64,000 nt of DNA from an uncultured Syntrophomonas sp. (GCA_964501655.1 CAZCTN010000006.1:29206-93205), one strand, 5' to 3'; positions 39,031 through 49,686 are shown, numbered from the stretch's first letter. Program-made: numbers and translations. Notes: generated by a model from the letters alone, not told the origin.

Positions 39031-39196
39031 TCCTAAAGATCAGGTATTTTTCAGATAAAACATCTGGTATAGCATATATTCATTCTATCGGTTATTCCCG
39101 GTCAACAGTTAATAGGACTCATATGGTCGTATCTGCCTAAACCATACCTGAACAATCCGGGCACAAATCCTTTCGGAAGGCTATATCATTCTGAAA

Positions 39197-41338
39197 TCAG
39201 CTGTTCTGACGCATGGACAGCGCTACTCGGCCCCTCTCTTTTTCTATCGATATCACCCTTACGCTTACCCGGTCCCCTACATTTACAATATCCATAGGGT
39301 GTTTTACATAATTATCAGCCAGCTGGGATATATGTATCATTCCACTTTGTTTGAGTCCTATATCAACGAAGGCTCCAAAATCAACTACATTTATTACTGT
39401 ACCCTGCAGTTCCATCCCTTCCTGCAGATCATCCAGATTTAATATGTCTTCTCTGAAAACCGGAGCGGGAAGTTCCTCACGGGGATCTCGCCCCGGCTTG
39501 CCCAGATCATCGATAATGTCTTTCAGGGTCATAACACCGGCCTCCAGAGTCTCGGCGGTACTCTGCAGCGGAAGTTTGGCCAGTTGTTCTTTAAGCTCCC
39601 TGCTGCCTATGTGGCTCCAATCGGCTTCCAGCATCCTTAATATTTTTTCCGTCAGGGCATACGATTCAGGGTGAATTGCAGTCGCATCCAGGGGATGCTC
39701 TCCTCCGGGCAAACGCAAGAATCCGGCACATTGCTCAAAGGTTTTCGGACCCAGGCGGGGGACCTTGACCAGATCGTGCCGACGCCTGAACATTCCGTTG
39801 CTTTCCCGGTATTTAACTATGTTTTCGGCCACTGGCATATTAATTCCTGCCACATAGCTTAACAGTGATGCCGAGGCGGTATTCAGATCCACCCCCACGT
39901 AATTTACTACGGTTTCTACTACCGCTGCCAGTTTCTCTTCCAGTATTTTACCGTTAATATCGTGCTGATACTGTCCTACCCCGATAGCCCTTGGTTCTAT
40001 CTTGACCAGTTCTGCCAGCGGGTCCTGCAGCCGACGCGCAATGGATACTGCACTCCTCTGGGACACATCAAGTTCAGGAAATTCCCGGGCGGCCAAGGTG
40101 GAGGCTGAATATACGCTGGCCCCGGCTTCATTCACTATTATGTAAGCCAGCTGATAATTTTGATTCTCCCGGATAAAATCAGCTATAAATTTTTCTGTCT
40201 CCCGGGAGGCAGTACCATTGCCTATGGCGATTAGGCTTATATCATGCCGGTCCACCATACGGCGGAGTGTCTCTCTGGCCTCAGCTATCTGCTGGCGGGG
40301 AGGAGTGGGGTATATTACTCCCGTCTCCAGCAGCTTACCGGTCTCGTCAACCACTCCCAGCTTGCATCCGGTACGAAAGGCCGGGTCTACTCCCAGTACT
40401 CTATTTCCCTTGACCGGAGGCTGCAGCAATAATTTGCGGAGGTTCTGGGAAAAGATGTTTATGGCCTGTTTTTCAGCCTTTTCGGTGAGTTCAGCCCGAA
40501 TGTCTCTTTGTACCGCCGGCTGGATCAAGCGCTTGTAGGAATCCAGTATCGCTTCTGCGGCCGGCTGTGAAGTTATCGATGCCGGCCGGACCAATTTGTC
40601 CTCCAGAAATTTTATTATTGGGCTTTCGTCTACGTCTATCTTAACTTTTAATATTTCCTCTCTTTCACCCCGGTTTATGGCCAGGATCCTGTGAGCCGGA
40701 ATTTTTTTAACTTCTTCCTTATAATTATAGTACATGGTATATACGGATTGAACTTCAGCATCACGGGCAGCGGAACTTACCACCCCCTGACGGCGGGTAT
40801 AATCCCTTATCCATCCTCGTACCAGGGGTTCATCGGCTATACTCTCGGCGATTATATCCCGGGCTCCTTTGAGGGCCTCCTCTGCTGTTGGAACTGCTTC
40901 ACTAATAAATTCAAAGGCTTTTTCTTCCAGTGATCCCTGGGCAGGAAAAGAAAGGATATATTCAGCCAGGGGCTCCAAACCCTTTTCTCTGGCTGCCGCC
41001 CCCCTGCTTTTCTTCTTGGGCCGAAAAGGCCGGTATATGTCGTCAACAGCGGTAATTCCGGCAGCTTGCCAGATCTTTTCCTGCAATTCTGGTGTCATTT
41101 TGCCCTGTTCGTCGATGAGACGTATCACATTTTGTTTGCGTTCCTCCAGGCTGCGGTTGGAACTCAGCAGTTCTTCTATCTGCCTTATCTGTACTTCGTC
41201 CAGTCCCCCGGTCATTTCCTTTCGGTACCGGGCGATAAAAGGTATGGTATTGCCGTCATCCAACAGGGTTACAGTACTCTCTACTTTTTTGATGTCAATG
41301 CCGCTTGTTCGTGCTATGGTGTCCAGTATTCTATTAAT
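39197..41338 (-). CDS. tex: Tex-like RNA-binding transcription accessory protein (YqgF/HHH/S1 domains)
   Basis: TIPFIARYRKEMTGGLDE near the N-terminus and an S1 domain at the C-terminus. The track start is an internal TTG. The frame is open 25 codons further upstream (INRILDTIARTSGIDIKKVESTVTLL) to an ATT located 6 nt after AGGAGGAG. Confidence 0.8.
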   Translation of the reverse strand: MNRILDTIARTSGIDIKKVESTVTLLDDGNTIPFIARYRKEMTGGLDEVQIRQIEELLSSNRSLEERKQNVIRLIDEQGKMTPELQEKIWQAAGITAVDDIYRPFRPKKKSRGAAAREKGLEPLAEYILSFPAQGSLEEKAFEFISEAVPTAEEALKGARDIIAESIADEPLVRGWIRDYTRRQGVVSSAARDAEVQSVYTMYYNYKEEVKKIPAHRILAINRGEREEILKVKIDVDESPIIKFLEDKLVRPASITSQPAAEAILDSYKRLIQPAVQRDIRAELTEKAEKQAINIFSQNLRKLLLQPPVKGNRVLGVDPAFRTGCKLGVVDETGKLLETGVIYPTPPRQQIAEARETLRRMVDRHDISLIAIGNGTASRETEKFIADFIRENQNYQLAYIIVNEAGASVYSASTLAAREFPELDVSQRSAVSIARRLQDPLAELVKIEPRAIGVGQYQHDINGKILEEKLAAVVETVVNYVGVDLNTASASLLSYVAGINMPVAENIVKYRESNGMFRRRHDLVKVPRLGPKTFEQCAGFLRLPGGEHPLDATAIHPESYALTEKILRMLEADWSHIGSRELKEQLAKLPLQSTAETLEAGVMTLKDIIDDLGKPGRDPREELPAPVFREDILNLDDLQEGMELQGTVINVVDFGAFVDIGLKQSGMIHISQLADNYVKHPMDIVNVGDRVSVRVISIEKERGRVALSMRQNS

Positions 41339-41364
41339 GCCTATCTCCTCCTGTGTTCCATTAA

Positions 41365-41934
41365 TTAAAAATATTTGTCAATGATCTTTTCAGCTAATCT
41401 TTTTTCGTTTTCCGCCCGGCTGAGTAAAAGCATGGCCAGTAAGAACCACTGCTGTTGCTCGACTTCCTCCGGCTCGGTCCCTGTTATCTCCGGTATGGAT
41501 TCCAGTTCCTGAAAAACTGCTGCCTCCAGTTTGGCGTATCGATCCTGCTCAGTTTCCAAAAAGGTTTCATACATTTTCTGCACATAAGCTCCATCATCCT
41601 TTAATCCCAGAAATAGGTGGGAAAACAGCTGTCCAATGTCATTGATGGAAAGCATCTGTTTGAGATGATAGATCAAGAGCAGCAGGATCATATTGTCCCG
41701 GGAATATTTCTTGTTTCGGGGGGGAATTAATAACCCGGCTTTGGCGTAGTTATTTATCATGGCTTTGGTCAACACCTTATCCTCTTCGTTGCGTTTATAC
41801 CCGCTCAGCTTGTTATCCATGAAGGTAGTGACCTGATCCATATAGAGTTCAATATCAGGAATATCTTCCGTTCGCAGCTGGGCAGCAGATGAGATTTCCC
41901 GGATAAGTCTGCTTATATTCTCCGATGGGAGCAT
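41365..41934 (-). CDS. DUF1836-family protein
   Basis: LYMDQVTTFMD...LTKAMINNYAKAGLLIPPRNKKYSRDNMILLLLIYHLKQ matches the DUF1836 pattern. ATG 41934 follows GGAGG. Confidence 0.65.
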   Translation of the reverse strand: MLPSENISRLIREISSAAQLRTEDIPDIELYMDQVTTFMDNKLSGYKRNEEDKVLTKAMINNYAKAGLLIPPRNKKYSRDNMILLLLIYHLKQMLSINDIGQLFSHLFLGLKDDGAYVQKMYETFLETEQDRYAKLEAAVFQELESIPEITGTEPEEVEQQQWFLLAMLLLSRAENEKRLAEKIIDKYF

Positions 41935-42067
41935 AAATATTCCTCCATCTCCAAATAATATTATATACATGTTATTATTTATTGCCTATTTGCACAAGAT
42001 GTATTAATATATAGATATCTTATTACATAGTATTAAATACTACATTTTGTTACATGGAGGTTTATTT

Positions 42068-42799
42068 ATGTATTCACCTGATTGCAAAACCAATCCGGTC
42101 GGCCAGGCTGTAGCTGGCCGGCCAGGCCGACGTAAAGGCGATATCAGCCGCTTCATCCGGCCCGGGGAGGCGGTAAACGGTTTAACTCATCTTCTGGGGG
42201 CATTTCTGGCCATTCCGGCTTTGTACCTGCTGATTCACCAGGCTCCCCCTGGCAAAGGCCTGGCTTTCTATGTTTCTCTCTATGTTTTTGGCATCAGCCT
42301 TTTTTTGCTCTATGCCGCCAGCAGCAGTTATCACCTGCTAAACCTGTCCGAAAAGTGCACTTTGAACCTCAGGCGTATGGATCATATGATGATCTATATA
42401 CTAATAGCCGGTTCCTACACTCCTATATGCATAATAGCTTTGCCCGGCTGGTGGGGATGGGGCTTGTTAATTGCGGTGTGGAGCATTGCTATTGCCGGCA
42501 TATGCCTTAAAATCTGGTTTTTTAACGCTCCCCGCTGGTTTTCTACCCTTTTGTATACTCTTATGGGGTGGATGGTTATGATAGCCCTTTACCCCCTTTA
42601 CCTGCGGGTATCTTTTTCAGGCATATTCTGGCTGGCCCTGGGCGGAGTAAGCTATACTACCGGGGCAGTAATATACGCTATAAAGAAACCCAATCTCAAT
42701 ATCAAATACCTGGGGTTCCATGAAATATTTCATCTATTTGTCCTGATGGGCAGTTTCTGCCACTACTGGATGATTTACCGGTATCTGCTGCCGGTCTGA
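42068..42799 (+). CDS. Hemolysin III / PAQR-family membrane protein
   Basis: Seven TM helices; C-terminal HEIFHLFV motif; ATG 42068 follows GGAGG. Confidence 0.8.
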   Translation: MYSPDCKTNPVGQAVAGRPGRRKGDISRFIRPGEAVNGLTHLLGAFLAIPALYLLIHQAPPGKGLAFYVSLYVFGISLFLLYAASSSYHLLNLSEKCTLNLRRMDHMMIYILIAGSYTPICIIALPGWWGWGLLIAVWSIAIAGICLKIWFFNAPRWFSTLLYTLMGWMVMIALYPLYLRVSFSGIFWLALGGVSYTTGAVIYAIKKPNLNIKYLGFHEIFHLFVLMGSFCHYWMIYRYLLPV

Positions 42800-42871
42800 T
42801 AAGAAGATTGGTCCCCGGGCGCACCAAAAAAAGAGCCTCATCCAGGATGGGCTCTTTTTTTTGCGGACTAT

Positions 42872-43744
42872 TTACAGAGTCAATATTTCAACCCCATCTT
42901 CAGTAACCAATACGGTATGTTCCCACTGGGCTGATAGTGATCCGTCCTGGGTAACCGCGGTCCAGTTGTCACCCAATACCCGACAGCGGTAGTCCCCGGC
43001 ATTGATCATGGGTTCAACGGTGAGAACCATGTTGGGCACCAAAACCATGCCGGATTGCTGCTTTCCGTAGTGCTGAACAAACGGATCTTCATGAAATTTA
43101 TTTCCAGTTCCGTGCCCGCCATAATTCTGCACCACGGAGAAGCCGTATTGCTTGGCATGCTGTTCAACCACATAGCCAATATGCCCGGTACGGTTAAAGG
43201 GTTTAACTTGTTCTATCCCCAGGTTCATGCATTCATAGGCAACCCGCACCAGGTTCCTGGCTTCTGCTGAAGGGTCTCCCAGCATGAACATGCGGCTCAT
43301 ATCTCCATAATATCCTTCCAATATACAGGTGATATCAACGTTGAGTATATCTCCGTCTTTTAAAACCGTCCCATCCGGTATGCCATGGCATATAACATTA
43401 TTAAGTGAGGTGCAAACGCTTTTGGGATAGCCATTATACCCCAGGGGGGCCGGGATGGCATTATTCTGAACAGTAATATCATGTACCCAGGTATTGATAT
43501 CGTCGGTAGTAATCCCCACCTGTATCTTGTCGCTTACCAGATCCATTATTTTCTTGCTCAGTTGACTCGCCCGGCGAATACCATCAATCTGCGCCCTGGT
43601 TTTAATCAAATTACGCCCTGGGATGAGAACTCCCTGTTTTTTAAATTCTCGCAATTTCTCGTCCTGTTCCATATGGCACTTCTTGTATTTAACCCCGCTG
43701 CCGCACCAGCAAGGATCGTTGCGGGATATCCGTTCAAATAACAT
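42872..43744 (-). CDS. map: Type I methionine aminopeptidase with an N-terminal SEC-C zinc motif
   Basis: NDPCWCGSGVKYKKCH, then the pita-bread fold (VCHGIP, DITCILEGYYGD, GHGTG, EPM). Confidence 0.9.
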   Translation of the reverse strand: MLFERISRNDPCWCGSGVKYKKCHMEQDEKLREFKKQGVLIPGRNLIKTRAQIDGIRRASQLSKKIMDLVSDKIQVGITTDDINTWVHDITVQNNAIPAPLGYNGYPKSVCTSLNNVICHGIPDGTVLKDGDILNVDITCILEGYYGDMSRMFMLGDPSAEARNLVRVAYECMNLGIEQVKPFNRTGHIGYVVEQHAKQYGFSVVQNYGGHGTGNKFHEDPFVQHYGKQQSGMVLVPNMVLTVEPMINAGDYRCRVLGDNWTAVTQDGSLSAQWEHTVLVTEDGVEILTL

Positions 43745-43995
43745 TTTTATTTTGCTCAGGCTCCTTTCGTATCCTGCCCGTTATCATCATCCTTACTTAT
43801 CTTACCCTTAAACCACAGCATTTGTCACTGCGGTTAAGGGCAAGATATGATCTCGGCCCTATTCTATTATGGTGTACCTCTGCTTTTGCTGGTACTTAGT
43901 TGCACTTGGAAAACTCCGGCCTTTTCAAGGAGTAGGTTTAAATATCCCGGCCGCTGTTGGCGAAGCATGGCTCAAACACCCTCCAGGCAAGCTGA

Positions 43996-44646
43996 TTAAC
44001 CCAGCAACTGCTGGAGCTCCTTAACACTTTCCGCTATATAAGACGGCCGCGCCCGCAGCAGTTCCTCCCGGGAACCATAACCATAGGCTACTGCAGCCGA
44101 TTCAATTCCGTTCACCCGAGCGCCTTCCACATCATATTTTCTGTCCCCCACCATTATTATCTCCTGGACCGGGAGGTGCTGGTATTGCTCAATAACCAGA
44201 GCAATAAGTTCTCCTTTATCAATCAAGCTGCCGTCCAGATTGCTTCCCGCAACCTGGCTGAAATACTGCAGCAGATCAAAATGTGCCAGTATTTGCCGGG
44301 CATAAACCCCCGGTTTGGAGGTAGCTACGGCCAATATCCGTCCAGAATGATGAAGCTCATCCAGTAATACTGGTATGCCCGGGTAAACCTGGTTTTCGAA
44401 CATACCGTTTACCACAAAGTATTCCCGGTAGTATTGCACCGCCTGCCAGGCATCCCCGCTGCCCAAGCCATAGAATTCCTGGAAAGAACTGATCAGCGGC
44501 GGGCCGATAAAAGCCTGAAGTTTCAGACGGTCATTCTCCACCATACCCATTTTATCCAGGGCATACTGCACCGAGTTAACAATCCCTTGGGCGGAATCGG
44601 TCAAGGTTCCATCCAAATCAAAAATTACCAGTTGATGCTTTTTCAT
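43996..44646 (-). CDS. HAD-IA family phosphatase (phosphoglycolate phosphatase-like)
   Basis: FDLDGTLTDS motif I and VGDRKYD motif IV. Confidence 0.8.
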   Translation of the reverse strand: MKKHQLVIFDLDGTLTDSAQGIVNSVQYALDKMGMVENDRLKLQAFIGPPLISSFQEFYGLGSGDAWQAVQYYREYFVVNGMFENQVYPGIPVLLDELHHSGRILAVATSKPGVYARQILAHFDLLQYFSQVAGSNLDGSLIDKGELIALVIEQYQHLPVQEIIMVGDRKYDVEGARVNGIESAAVAYGYGSREELLRARPSYIAESVKELQQLLG

Positions 44647-44709
44647 TTCCAATTTCTCCTCATCAGGGCTACCGGTTTCCTCTCTTATTCCACTTTTTTA
44701 CCTGGGCGC

Positions 44710-45507
44710 TTATGTTTTCCATCCTCCGTCAATACACAAAACCTGGGCATTGATAGATGCTGCCTCCCGGGAGAGAAAGAATACACAGGCAGCAGCAATC
44801 TCTTCCGGCAAAACCATCCTGCCCTGGGGCATTTCAGCCAGCAGACTTTTCATATCCTCTTCACTCAGCTGGGAATAGATCATCTCGGTGGCTACCGGAC
44901 CCGGCGCAATAGCGTTGACAGTTATTCCACTGGGTCCTGCTTCACCGGCCAGTGATTTGGTGAAGGCTATCAGCCCTCCTTTGGAGGCCGCATAAACCGA
45001 CTCAAAAGAGGCTCCGGCTACTCCCTGGATGGAGGCGATATTTACTATTCGGCCATAGCGTTTCCTTATCATACCAGGCAAGGCTTCCCGACAGCATAAA
45101 AAAGCGCCTTTGAGGTTAACATTTATCACCCGGTCCCATTCTGCCATACTGGTGTCCTGCACCAGATTTCTCAAAGAGACTCCGGCATTATTTACCAGCA
45201 GGTCCACCGTCCCCAAAGCAGTTCTGATCCCTTGAAACAAACGGTGCACATCCTCCTCGCGGCTGATGTCCCCCGGCATGGCCAGAGCAGTACACCCTTG
45301 CCCCCTAAGCTCGGCGGCCAGATCCTCGGCTTCCGTCCGGGAGTGATGGTAATTTATTGCCACCCGGGCTCCCCGGAGGGCAGTCGCCCGGGCCACAGCA
45401 GCGCCTATACCCCGCCCGCCTCCGGTAATCAGGCAAACCTGACCTTTTAGGATGTTATGATATTTATCCAAGCTCGCACCTCCGGATAAATAATTCCCTT
45501 GCATCAA
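44710..45507 (-). CDS. Short-chain dehydrogenase/reductase (FabG-like)
   Basis: TGGGRGIG cofactor motif and YAASKGG catalytic motif. Confidence 0.8.
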   Translation of the reverse strand: MMQGNYLSGGASLDKYHNILKGQVCLITGGGRGIGAAVARATALRGARVAINYHHSRTEAEDLAAELRGQGCTALAMPGDISREEDVHRLFQGIRTALGTVDLLVNNAGVSLRNLVQDTSMAEWDRVINVNLKGAFLCCREALPGMIRKRYGRIVNIASIQGVAGASFESVYAASKGGLIAFTKSLAGEAGPSGITVNAIAPGPVATEMIYSQLSEEDMKSLLAEMPQGRMVLPEEIAAACVFFLSREAASINAQVLCIDGGWKT

Positions 45508-45998
45508 GATGAGGGTCTATTAGTGAGTAAAACCCTGCTTATCATTATAATACAAGCAATGGAGAAATCCATACCCCGTGTACGCAACTGCTTCCCCCGG
45601 GAAAAACAAATAAAAAACTCCGGCGGTAATAACCTGCCGAAGCCATAGCCATATAAAAATCAGGCGGCGGAGTTTGATTAAAAGACTCATGACCAAACCA
45701 AATGAACATTTGTCAACCGCTCTCAACAAGCCAACCCGAATAGATATCACAAAAGTAATTTTATTCCATGAAAAACAGTGGTACAGATTCTAGTTTACTG
45801 GTTTTATTTTTTCTCCGCCACCTGTATTTGTATTATAATTGGCCTTTAACAACCCAGTCAATATACATATTATGCCATGTAAATAATCCCCTGTATCCCG
45901 AGGCAAATATTCGCATTTTTGCTGCTCTGTTCCAGCCCGCCACATCTGCAACGGCGGCCATTACATATGAATTTCAGAAACATTCCGAATACTACATC

Positions 45999-46027
45999 TT
46001 GACAAAGATGACCTGGTCTCATACAAT
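45999..46027 (+). promoter_or_regulatory. Near-consensus sigma-A promoter (TTGACA-17 nt-TACAAT), about 500 nt upstream of the next CDS
   Basis: TTGACA at 45999..46004 and TACAAT at 46022..46027. Confidence 0.5.
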
Positions 46028-46528
46028 TAAAGCACCTTGGAGACTATTTGTTGACAGGATTTTTTAAATCTTTTAGCAAATTCGACAAATTTGACCTACT
46101 ATTTAGAATTTGACCGACCCCTAATAGCTGAAAATTTAAATAGGTTTTCTGAATAATTTTTATACCCATAGAATAATGATTAATACGTCAAAAACCCAAT
46201 TTTATAAATCAGCAGTAAGGCCGGATGAATTTTTCTAGCAAATTCTGATTATCCATTCCAGTTTATTCTTACCAAACAACAAGCCTAGCCTTGCAGACCA
46301 GTACATCAGTCCGGACATATTATGCTCATCTTGTGTTTTTTCAATTAATATTTCATATTAATGTCCTGGACTATATCTCTAACTCTTTAACTCAGATCAA
46401 GACTTTCGGATTCCAATCACGGAAAGTTGGAATTCGATACAAAATAAATGGTGAGGGGGTGTACAAAAGCAATATTATCCCTTTAGCAAAGATAGATAAG
46501 AGTTCGAACGAGAAAAGGAGGAGTTTAA

Positions 46529-47125
46529 ATGTCTGGACATGGAAGTGGTTGGGCGAATCCCGCCCCTGCAGGGTTGCTTGCTCTGGCAATAGCATGTTTT
46601 ACCTTTTACGCAATTTTAGGGGGTAAGGTAGATCATTCCTGTATACCCTTACTTGGTTGCTGGTTGCTTGGTGGTGCTATGGTACAGTACACAGTTGCCA
46701 TCATAGAACTTAAGGAAGGTGCCACAACCGGTGGTAACGTATTCCTGTTCTTCTCAGCTTTCTTTATGTTTGTTGGTGGAATTGAGATGATTCTGAAGTA
46801 TTTGATCGGTGCCAACGGATGGCCGGCAGTTGATGCTCGGATAGACGGTTATGCTTGGTGTGCTTTATGGTTCGGTCTCTGGCTGTGGACTCCCGCCTAT
46901 TTCAAATCACCGCTGGTTCTCTGTATTGCGGTACTTGCCCTCGATATAGCAGTTCCCATAGTAGCATTGCAGGACCTGCAAGCGATTGGTCATGACTATG
47001 CTGGCATTGCTGCTAACTTCTTGGGTCTGGCTGGAATTTGCGGTATTTATGTAGCATCTGCTATCATCCTGAATACTGAGTACGGGAAAACGATTCTTCC
47101 GATGCCCGGTCCGATTGTAAAATAG
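46529..47125 (+). CDS. Acetate/succinate uptake transporter (GPR1/FUN34/YaaH, SatP family)
   Basis: Signature NPAPAGLLALA; six TM helices; AAAGGAGGAG RBS. Confidence 0.8.
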   Translation: MSGHGSGWANPAPAGLLALAIACFTFYAILGGKVDHSCIPLLGCWLLGGAMVQYTVAIIELKEGATTGGNVFLFFSAFFMFVGGIEMILKYLIGANGWPAVDARIDGYAWCALWFGLWLWTPAYFKSPLVLCIAVLALDIAVPIVALQDLQAIGHDYAGIAANFLGLAGICGIYVASAIILNTEYGKTILPMPGPIVK

Positions 47126-47215
47126 CAGGGGCGTAGGGCATAATATAAATCAAGCGTTCCTTTGGAATAACGCAGGGTTATATAAGTCTTTATAACATAA
47201 GTTTATTAATAATTT

Positions 47216-47253
47216 AAAAATTGAGTGGACTTGCTGAAGCCCACTCAATTTTT
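47216..47253. terminator. Bidirectional Rho-independent terminator between convergent genes
   Basis: A5-TTGAGTGG...CCACTCAA-T5. Confidence 0.75.
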
Positions 47254-47329
47254 GTTTTCTATTCTCCAGTTTACAGTTCTTGAAGTTTGTACTCCTATAA
47301 AGAACAATAACAGGCTCTACTTAAGCTGA

Positions 47330-48478
47330 TTAGCGGCTTCCGGCAATCTCACCGACGGCCTTGATTACCATTTCCATCTCTTCCCGGGTAGTAAAATAGC
47401 CCGGGCTCAAACGGCAGGAGCCGGTTTCAAAAGTTCCTATGGTTTTATGGGCTAAAGGGGCACAGTGCAGACCCGACCGGGTGACTATGCCATATCGATA
47501 ATCCAGCTGGGTACTCACTTCCCCGCAATCCATTCCCATTATATTAAAGGATATAACCGCGGTCCTCCGGCTCATATCAGCCGGGCCATATACTCTTACC
47601 TCCGGGATATCTGCCAGCCCTTTCATAAGCATCTGCCCCATTTGCTGCTCCTGGCGGTGAATCCTATCCATACCTTCAGAATTAATAAAATTTATTCCGG
47701 CCAGCAGACCTGCTATCCCGGGAGTATTATGGGTCCCGCATTCCAGCAGATCAGGCATAAAAGCAGGATGTTCCAGGTACTCAGATAATGAACCGGTTCC
47801 TCCCTGCTTCAGGGGGACAATGTCCAACTTGGGCTTAATATATATCCCGCCGCTGCCCTGAGGGCCCAGCAGTCCCTTATGCCCTGTGAAGGTTAGCACA
47901 TCAATATATTGTTTTTCTATATCTATAGGTATTACCCCCGCGGTTTGAGCTGTATCCACCACAAATAACAACTGGTTCTCCCGGGCAATTCTGCCGACTT
48001 CTTCTATGGGCATCAGGGTGCCGGTTATATTGGAAGCATGAAGCATGCATATCATCCTGGTGTTAGGCTTAATAGCCTTTCTCACCTCATCTGAATCCAA
48101 GCTTCCATCACCGGCACAGGAAACCGCCGTCCATTCCACTCCGTTTTGCTGCATTACATACAACGGCCGGGCCACGGCATTGTGCTCCATACTGCTGCTT
48201 ATAACATGATCTCCCGGTCTCAGCAAACCTTTCAAGGCGATATTGATAGCCTCGGTTATATTAATAGTGAAGGCGATATGCGAACTGTCAGATATGTTAA
48301 ACAAAGCAGCCAGAGCGTCCCGGCATTCCATGAGTATCGATCCGGCCTCCAGGGTCGCCTGGTTGCTTCCCCGGCCTGGATTTCCGCCCATATGGCGGTT
48401 GAAATGATCAACTGCCTGGTATACCGATTCCGGTTTGGGAAAAGTAGTTGCAGCATTATCCATATATATGGCTCGCAT
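47330..48478 (-). CDS. Class V aminotransferase: cysteine desulfurase / selenocysteine lyase family
   Basis: PLP lysine in TGHKGLLGPQG; active-site Cys in RSGLHCAPLAH. Confidence 0.8.
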   Translation of the reverse strand: MRAIYMDNAATTFPKPESVYQAVDHFNRHMGGNPGRGSNQATLEAGSILMECRDALAALFNISDSSHIAFTINITEAINIALKGLLRPGDHVISSSMEHNAVARPLYVMQQNGVEWTAVSCAGDGSLDSDEVRKAIKPNTRMICMLHASNITGTLMPIEEVGRIARENQLLFVVDTAQTAGVIPIDIEKQYIDVLTFTGHKGLLGPQGSGGIYIKPKLDIVPLKQGGTGSLSEYLEHPAFMPDLLECGTHNTPGIAGLLAGINFINSEGMDRIHRQEQQMGQMLMKGLADIPEVRVYGPADMSRRTAVISFNIMGMDCGEVSTQLDYRYGIVTRSGLHCAPLAHKTIGTFETGSCRLSPGYFTTREEMEMVIKAVGEIAGSR

Positions 48479-48489
48479 ACTTTCCTCCT

Positions 48490-49083
48490 CTATATAGTAA
48501 TGGTCCTGTCGGCTCCAGCTAGGGTTTCAAGGGCCGAATACATATTGGTGATCCTTCCCGCAGCCAGCTTATCTGTTTTTTGATAATAATCCAAACAGGT
48601 TCCGCAGGATAAAACTTCAATACCCTTCTTTTCCAGGGTTTGTATATGTTCTATAACGGGTGAGTCCTCCAGGGTCAGGAAAATCCCTTTGTTCATAAAT
48701 ATAAGTGAACTCAGGCTGGTTTCCAGTTCATTCAGGGTGTATAGAAAACCTTTCATGAGTACCCGGCCCAGTTCTTCATCCCCTTCCCCGAAAAGGTCGC
48801 TCTTAATCAATATGGATATACGGCCTGAACCGGAAGTCTCATTCTCCTCCTTGTTAAGTACCCTGGTCATATGAATATGATATTCCCCGTCTTTTTCCTC
48901 CACCCGATAATCATAGCCCTGGTTTTGGGCCAGCCTTTTTATGTTCTCCCGGGCCACGTCTCTATCTACAATGGCGGTAAGTCTGCCCGCTCCTCCCCCT
49001 TCATCCATGGCTTTTTTGGTTAATATTACGGGCTGAGGACAGTCCAAACCCCTGGCATCAACAATTTTGTTCACTTGCATCAA
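48490..49083 (-). CDS. yedF: YedF-type protein: TusA/SirA-like N-domain plus DsrE-like C-domain (sulfur/selenium carrier)
   Basis: DARGLDCPQPV (CPxP motif). The C-domain is LIKSDLFGEGDEELGRVLMKGFL...VLSCGTCLDYY. Confidence 0.7.
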   Translation of the reverse strand: MMQVNKIVDARGLDCPQPVILTKKAMDEGGGAGRLTAIVDRDVARENIKRLAQNQGYDYRVEEKDGEYHIHMTRVLNKEENETSGSGRISILIKSDLFGEGDEELGRVLMKGFLYTLNELETSLSSLIFMNKGIFLTLEDSPVIEHIQTLEKKGIEVLSCGTCLDYYQKTDKLAAGRITNMYSALETLAGADRTITI

Positions 49084-49297
49084 TCCTTTCCCCTTGCTTT
49101 ATTATCCCGGGTGAATCAGCTGCAGCCTCTTCCAGTTCCTTGATCAACTGGGCCAGATCAAAATCATATCGCTTGGTCAATTCATTCAAGGTATCAAAAA
49201 TATGGCTGCACATGACACAGCCTCCCAGCCTGGAGTCATAACGTTTGAAAACTGCTTCCGTGTGGGGATACCGGTAAACTATATCAATCACTTTCAT
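49058..49297 (-). CDS. DUF1858 (hybrid-cluster-protein-associated redox disulfide) domain protein
   Basis: MKVIDIVYRYPHTEAVFKRYDSRLGGCVMC pattern; 26-nt overlap with yedF. Confidence 0.6.
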   Translation of the reverse strand: MKVIDIVYRYPHTEAVFKRYDSRLGGCVMCSHIFDTLNELTKRYDFDLAQLIKELEEAAADSPGIIKQGERIDASEQNC

Positions 49298-49482
49298 ATC
49301 TTCCCTAAGCACTCGCTTATCCCTCCTATACATATGCAGCCGGCAGGCTTATTATTATAAAACCAAATAAAAAGCATGATATTCATCATGCTTTTATATC
49401 AATATATCACTTTAAGTATTATATTAAAAATAACTTTCATTTATGCTTCAGACAACCCATTATCCCATTTGCCATTTAATAG

Positions 49483-49686
49483 TTATTTGACCAGGGTAAC
49501 ATGTATGGCCTTGGTCAACGCTGTAACCCGATCCCCTAATTTTAGGTCCATCTCCTGCAGAGATTCTTTGGTCATTACTGAAGTAATAATATAATCTCCG
49601 GCCGCAACCTTGACCTGAGCCATAACACTGCCTTCTTTAATTTCCACTACTTCACCTTCAAAATTATTTCTGACACCAGCTTTCAT
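49483..49686 (-). CDS. mop: Mop/TOBE molybdate-binding (molbindin) protein
   Basis: 67 aa; VRNNFEGEVVEIKEGSVMAQVKV...VTALTKAIHVTLVK, a typical Mop fold sequence. Confidence 0.8.
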   Translation of the reverse strand: MKAGVRNNFEGEVVEIKEGSVMAQVKVAAGDYIITSVMTKESLQEMDLKLGDRVTALTKAIHVTLVK

